DNA from: an uncultured Thermoplasmatales archaeon
GTDB lineage: Archaea > Thermoplasmatota > E2 > UBA202 > JdFR-43
Assembly: GCA_965563795.1 (NCBI GenBank)
Contig: CBEXJS010000003.1
Location: 1 to 51,108, forward strand
Length of the DNA: 51,108 nucleotides
Direction of reading: 5' to 3'
Below, piece by piece: positions 46,236 through 51,108 of this stretch. The position numbers and the translations under genes are program-made. Numbering within the stretch: position 1 is the first letter of the stretch; the number at the start of each line of letters is the position of its first letter. The notes below the pieces were generated by a model. It was not told where the DNA came from. It did not search any database and saw nothing but the letters and a program-made list of their open reading frames with translations.

Positions 46236-47012
46236 TTATTCCTTTTCATGATTTGGACAATTTGGATTTATTGGCAATTCAAAGACATCTGCAAAATTTC
46301 TTGCTCCATCATAATAAAAAATGTTTTTTATATAATTACTCATTCCATGAGTTAATTTTAAGGCTTCTTGAACTTGTATAGCTGCTATTATGCTTGTTGT
46401 ATTAACATCTGCTGCAATTTTTGGCTCAAAAAATTTTGTGTCTTTACCAGTGCAGCTAAATCGCAACTGCAAAATTTTTGAATGCGTAACATTCATTCCA
46501 CATTCCAAACAACTTGTATGTGGGGGCAAAACAACTTGAACTTTTCCAACCTGACCATGAGTAGCACCATCTATATAAGGAATTTTATTATGATAGCAAT
46601 GAGCATTTATATGGAGGCGGGCTTTGACATTATCAACGCACCCTAAAACTATATCATGTTTTGTAATAATATCAAGCTTTTCTATTTCCTCTGTATAGTA
46701 ATTTATGTTTAGCTTTTTATCAAACATTTTCAATTTTTCTGCTATTACCTCTGCTTTATATCGCTTTCTCTCAGCATCTTCATCATTAAAGAAAATACAT
46801 CTATTCAAATTTGATTTTACTACTCTGTCCATATCAACAATAGTTATATTTTTATAGCCATTTAAAACCAAATTTTTACAAACTTCATTTCCTAAAGCGC
46901 CAGCCCCCACAACAAGGATCCTTGCTCTTAAAACTTTATTTAAATCAAACCATTCATATAGTCTAAGTCTGCTATATTTGTCTTCATCAATATCTCCAAC
47001 CTTTATTTCCAC
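46236..47012 (-). CDS. ThiF/E1-like ubiquitin-activating family adenylyltransferase
   Basis: GAGALG, D.D.V..SNLNR, CVDN..AR, CLEC, RFSC, CPNH. Confidence 0.88.
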   Translation of the reverse strand: MEIKVGDIDEDKYSRLRLYEWFDLNKVLRARILVVGAGALGNEVCKNLVLNGYKNITIVDMDRVVKSNLNRCIFFNDEDAERKRYKAEVIAEKLKMFDKKLNINYYTEEIEKLDIITKHDIVLGCVDNVKARLHINAHCYHNKIPYIDGATHGQVGKVQVVLPPHTSCLECGMNVTHSKILQLRFSCTGKDTKFFEPKIAADVNTTSIIAAIQVQEALKLTHGMSNYIKNIFYYDGARNFADVFELPINPNCPNHEKE

Positions 47013-47348
47013 AATGTTAAAACATATATGATAAGAAAAATTTTCTGTTTGAAGTATTGAAAAATAAATGAAATGAGATGCTGCTATAGCAATTTCTCAT
47101 GTAACAGCCAATGACAACTATTTCTTTCATTTTGAGAGAATCATTAAAAATAGTAGAAGGAGAATGTTATCATAACTCTTTTATATGTAAGAGCATTCTT
47201 CATTCATTTAAAATTTAGTCAAATTAAAAATGAAATGGAATGTTGTTATAGCAATTTTTTATGCAATAAGCCCAGTGGCAACTTTTTCATTCATCTAAAC
47301 CAAAATTTTTCCTAAAATTTTTTATTTATATTTGCATTCCCCTTTACA

Positions 47349-47510
47349 ATGAAAATGAAAAACATATTGTATGCAATAGTAGCATTTGTTCTGCCTTGGA
47401 TTCTGCTAATAGGAGGAGCAATAGCAGATATCTATAATGTATGGCTTTATGTAGGGAGTATAACATGGTTTATAATGGCTCTTCTCATTTTCCTTTCCCA
47501 TTATAAGTAG
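47349..47510 (+). CDS. 53-aa two-TM membrane protein (below the ORF-track cutoff)
   Basis: MKMKNILYAIVAFVLPWILLIGGAIADIYNVWLYVGSITWFIMALLIFLSHYK. Confidence 0.55.
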   Translation: MKMKNILYAIVAFVLPWILLIGGAIADIYNVWLYVGSITWFIMALLIFLSHYK

Positions 47511-47772
47511 ATTAAATACTATTTTTGTGAATATGAGATTGTGTTGTGGTTTTTCAACTTCGATATTTTGAGATAAAGATAAATGAAAAAGAGAATGTGG
47601 CTATTCCTAATCAAAACGCAATAAATTGACCATTCCATATGCTGAAATAATCCGCCGTAGCAACACATTTTGGAGTTCGCCAATAAATGAAAAAGGTTGT
47701 AGCTTTGTTGCATGGAATTATTATGAAACACCCCCCATTTCATTAATTTTTGACAATTTCCGATATTTGATA

Positions 47773-47874
47773 TTGACGAAAAATAAAATGAAATGGAATG
47801 TTGTTATGACATATTTTCCCCATGTGATAATAGCCAATGGCAATAATTTCATTCTAATTTTTTCAACGAACCCC
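47773..47874. repeat. MITE-like copy (last of several in 47060-47874)
   Basis: TTGACGAAAA..family core..TTTTCAACGAACCCC. Confidence 0.7.
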
Positions 47875-47914
47875 AATATTTTGAAAAGTTTTTATAAATA
47901 AAAAGTATTTCAAA

Positions 47915-48259
47915 TTGATTAAGATGATATTTGGAAAAAAGAGCGAGGGTTATATAGATTTGGAAGAATATGAGGTGGGAGAGGAGGGGCAAGAAGAGGC
48001 AAAAATGTATGTAAAGGTGGCGGAGGTGCAAAAATTCGATGATTTAAAAGATTTTGCAAAGTATATCTATGAAGGCAACCTTTTGATTTTAGATGTTTCA
48101 CCAATTTCAGTAGATGATATTGAACTGGAGAGAGTGACAAATGAGCTGAAAAAAATAGTTAGAGATATAAATGGAGATATTGCAGGATTAGATAGAAATC
48201 ATTTTATAGTTACACCAACAGGAGTAAAAATAGATAGAAGAAAGCTTAGGAAATTCTAA
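47915..48259 (+). CDS. sepF: Cell division protein SepF (DUF552)
   Basis: YIDL N-terminus, GN..ILD, GDIAG, IVTP.GVKIDR. Confidence 0.85.
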   Translation: MIKMIFGKKSEGYIDLEEYEVGEEGQEEAKMYVKVAEVQKFDDLKDFAKYIYEGNLLILDVSPISVDDIELERVTNELKKIVRDINGDIAGLDRNHFIVTPTGVKIDRRKLRKF

Positions 48260-49233
48260 CCTTTAAAAAATTCTTCTATTTCAAGTAAATCCTTCCATTC
48301 CTCTTGGCATGCACATTTTAAATTATCAAATTCTTTTACATTTTGAGTAAAATTAAAGTTTTTTATAGCTTTTAACACGTCCTTATCACATTTTCCACAA
48401 TTATGACTTCCTCTTTCTTTTCCTCCTGCAATAACATCGCATTTTATATATCCATCATAAATTTTTCTTGTTTCTTTTAATACTTCAACAACGCTCCAGA
48501 GCCATGGAGGAGAATATAAACCCTTTTTCCAAAGGTATTCTACTAAAGTTTTTCCGTGGATAGAAACTGGATTAAATGAAATTGTTGTTGCTATGCCTTT
48601 TACTTTTTCAGCACTTCTTATAGCATCTTTTATAGCATCCTTTTCTGTTAAAAAAGGTGGCTTAATAAGTATATATACTTTTAATTCTCTTCCATAAGAA
48701 ATAACTTTCTCCGCCGATTTCCTCCATTCTTCGAAAGTAAATCCTTTATTTATTGAATACTCCAAAACTTTATTATTGGCTGATTCAAGCCCCATTGCTA
48801 CTTCAAGCCTTATTTCACTGCTTATTTCTTCCAATGCATCAACAAATTCTGGGCGAGTTTCAACTATTATTTTTTTAGCTTTTGAAAATTTTTTAAAAAT
48901 GTAATCTCTTAGCTCCTTAGGCACTTCCCTTTCATCAAGAAAACTTCCAGAAGTAAATATTTTTACTATCTCTTCTCCCTCATATTGCATATATGCTTCA
49001 TCAATTTGCTTTTTTATTTCTTCATAGCCAGCATCATATGTTTCCCTATAATAGCCACACATTGAACAGCCAGATTCCTTTGCCCAAAAGCAACCCTTTG
49101 TTCTTAAAATCAAAACAAATGCATTTACTACCTTTCCATCTAAAACATCCTTTTCCTTCCATATTCTGGGCTTCTTTACTTTCTTAACTATTTCCTTTTT
49201 AAAATTTTTAACTACTTCTTCAAATTCTTTCAT
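48256..49233 (-). CDS. Archaeosine biosynthesis radical SAM protein RaSEA
   Basis: ILRTKGCxW..GCSMCGY, KIFTSGSFLD, VETRPEF, GLES, KPPFLTE, PPWLWS, RGSHNCGKCD. Confidence 0.9.
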   Translation of the reverse strand: MKEFEEVVKNFKKEIVKKVKKPRIWKEKDVLDGKVVNAFVLILRTKGCFWAKESGCSMCGYYRETYDAGYEEIKKQIDEAYMQYEGEEIVKIFTSGSFLDEREVPKELRDYIFKKFSKAKKIIVETRPEFVDALEEISSEIRLEVAMGLESANNKVLEYSINKGFTFEEWRKSAEKVISYGRELKVYILIKPPFLTEKDAIKDAIRSAEKVKGIATTISFNPVSIHGKTLVEYLWKKGLYSPPWLWSVVEVLKETRKIYDGYIKCDVIAGGKERGSHNCGKCDKDVLKAIKNFNFTQNVKEFDNLKCACQEEWKDLLEIEEFFKG

Positions 49234-49913
49234 TTTGCAATCATTGCTCTGAGCCAATCAGCAACATTTTCTGCATGGTCAGCAATATCATCAATCCAAT
49301 CCACAATCTTAAGCAAATGATACTCATCCATTGGACTCAACTTGTCTTCAATTTCATAAATTTTCTTAGTTATTTGATAGCGAAGCTGGTCAGCTTCCCA
49401 TTCTTTTCTATGCACTCTATGAATAAATTCTTTTGTTTCCTCTCTTTCCTTCCCAACAAATCCTGTTTCCAACAATTTTTTAACATTTCCTACAGCTTTT
49501 TCCATTTCTTCAACTGTCTCTGCTACCAATTCCATATGCTTTTTAAAATCATCCTTTAGCTCATCTGGTATTTTAGTATGTCTCAAATCTAAAAGCTGAG
49601 CTAAGTTTTCTGCATGATCTAAAATCGCATCTTGCTCTCTTAACAACCACAAAAAATATTTTTTATCTACTGGCATAAATACAGAGCGAGGTAAATGCGC
49701 CCTAATATTTCCTTTTATTAAATCTGCTTCATGCTCAAGCTTAGAAACTTTCTCTGCAACTTCATGAAAATTCTCATACTCTCCATCTATATATCTGAGC
49801 ACCCCTTCCTTCAATAAAGCCACACACTCTTTTACTTTACTCATATGCTGAAGTAGCCCTTCAAATGGAGATTTCTTTCTATAAATTCCGTCTACTGCAA
49901 CTCTATAAGGCAT
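49230..49913 (-). CDS. DUF47 / PhoU-like phosphate transport regulator
   Basis: SPF..L..H, EHEAD, EWEAD, IADHAENVAD; adjacent to pit. Confidence 0.9.
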   Translation of the reverse strand: MPYRVAVDGIYRKKSPFEGLLQHMSKVKECVALLKEGVLRYIDGEYENFHEVAEKVSKLEHEADLIKGNIRAHLPRSVFMPVDKKYFLWLLREQDAILDHAENLAQLLDLRHTKIPDELKDDFKKHMELVAETVEEMEKAVGNVKKLLETGFVGKEREETKEFIHRVHRKEWEADQLRYQITKKIYEIEDKLSPMDEYHLLKIVDWIDDIADHAENVADWLRAMIAK

Positions 49914-51108
49914 TAGAATAATATTGTTAATCCACTATAAATTAATATCGATAAAATGGCTGTGGAAGGCAAAGTAAGAAGCCATGAATAAATTATTTTC
50001 TTTATAATAGATAAATCTATAGCTTCCAGCCCTCTTGCTAATCCAACGCCTATAACAGCCCCTACTACAGCATGACTTGTTGAAATGGGCAACCCTAATT
50101 TTGAAGCTACTAGCACAACAGTAGCTGCTGCGAAATCAACGCTGAAACCCCTTGTATTAGTTAATGCTGTTATTCTTCCTCCAACTGTTTTTATAACCTT
50201 GTATCCCCATGTTAATATGCCCAGTGCAATTCCTATTCCTCCAAAAGCAAGCAAATATATTGCATCTACTTCTTTCCATGCTATAGAGATTACAACAGCA
50301 ACAGGGGCAACAGCATTTGCAACATCATTTGCACCATGAGAAAAAGCAACATAGCAGGAAGTCATTATTTGAAGGCGTCTAAACAAATTTTCTACAATTT
50401 CATATCCCTTGCCAATGAAACGCTTTGCGAAAAAAATCCCAATTAAGCCAGCAATAAATGCAAAGAAAAGAGAGATTATAATATATTCTTTTGTTTCATA
50501 TCCTAAAATAACACCAACTCTCGTTTTCATAAAGATGGACAGCAAAATGATAAAAATAGTTAAAGCAACAAAAAATGGGCTAACATATCTTGCCCATTTA
50601 ACAGGATCTTTCCTTGCAAAAATAAAGAGCCTTATTATTCCAAACATTAAAAAAGCCAAAGCAGCTCCAGCAATGGGCGAGATAACCCATGAAGCTGCTA
50701 CTTGCCCTAAGGTTTTCCATCTTACAGCTTCCAGCCCTCCTTGAATTAAGCCAAAGCCAGTGATGCCCCCAATTATTGCATGTGTTGTAGATACTGGCAA
50801 TTCCTTCCATGTTGCCAATGTAACGAATATTGAAGCTGATAATAAAGAAGCTAAAAATCCTAATGCAACTAATGTAGGCTCTATAGAGGCAGTATCAATT
50901 ATTTTTCCTTTAACTGTATCTGTAACATGTTTCCCAACCAAAACAGCTCCTAAAAAATCCAGAACAGCAGCTATAATTAAAGCCTGTTTCATTGTAATTG
51001 CCTTTGCTCCAACAGCAGTTGACATTGAATTTGCAACATCATTAGCTCCAATGTTCCAAGCCATATATAAACCAGAAAAAACAGCAATAATGACTATAGC
51101 AAGAAGCA
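49913..51108 (-). CDS. pit: PiT-family inorganic phosphate transporter (5' end beyond the window)
   Basis: Two GANDVAN motifs, PVSTTH and PISTSH; frame stays open to the window edge. Confidence 0.93.
   Translation of the reverse strand, partial: LLAIVIIAVFSGLYMAWNIGANDVANSMSTAVGAKAITMKQALIIAAVLDFLGAVLVGKHVTDTVKGKIIDTASIEPTLVALGFLASLLSASIFVTLATWKELPVSTTHAIIGGITGFGLIQGGLEAVRWKTLGQVAASWVISPIAGAALAFLMFGIIRLFIFARKDPVKWARYVSPFFVALTIFIILLSIFMKTRVGVILGYETKEYIIISLFFAFIAGLIGIFFAKRFIGKGYEIVENLFRRLQIMTSCYVAFSHGANDVANAVAPVAVVISIAWKEVDAIYLLAFGGIGIALGILTWGYKVIKTVGGRITALTNTRGFSVDFAAATVVLVASKLGLPISTSHAVVGAVIGVGLARGLEAIDLSIIKKIIYSWLLTLPSTAILSILIYSGLTILF

Noticed and set aside
570-47874. Dispersed intergenic repeats as a CRISPR array
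   Set aside because: Copies are degenerate, scattered and in both orientations, with no regular repeat-spacer period and no cas genes.
587-48031. Short ORFs in spacers (587, 10834, 46167, 47519, 47626) and antisense ORFs within genes
   Set aside because: They translate MITE sequence or shadow well-supported genes.

Overview
AT-rich archaeal chromosomal window, most consistent with Thermoplasmatota (Hjc, archaeal AlaS, RNase J, RaSEA, SepF, C25-peptidase tail, three intron-less tRNAs). The host flanks (1-13817 and 35882-51108) carry housekeeping and metabolic genes, with a ~100-bp MITE-like repeat in most spacers. The centre is a ~22-kb element integrated in tRNA-Gly(CCC), bounded by a perfect 21-bp direct repeat (13873-13893 / 35861-35881). 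Its backbone is small: integrase plus a coupled DNA-binding partner, hicBA, a divergent wHTH/small-protein pair, and a second, degenerate tyrosine recombinase. The cargo is almost all defence-like. The main candidate novelty is a five-gene operon (15467-24925) with a DISARM core (DrmA helicase, DrmB DUF1998, DrmC PLD, DrmE-like) but no DNA methyltransferase. An Fe-S PAPS-reductase/DndC-like gene leads the operon instead, suggesting a sulfur-modification (phosphorothioate-type) DISARM variant. A second cargo block (28841-35678) is a co-oriented run of nuclease/NDT/HEPN-type genes separated by degenerate attC-like motifs, and one gene is split at an (AT)6 tract. All calls come from reading motifs by eye; no searches were run.
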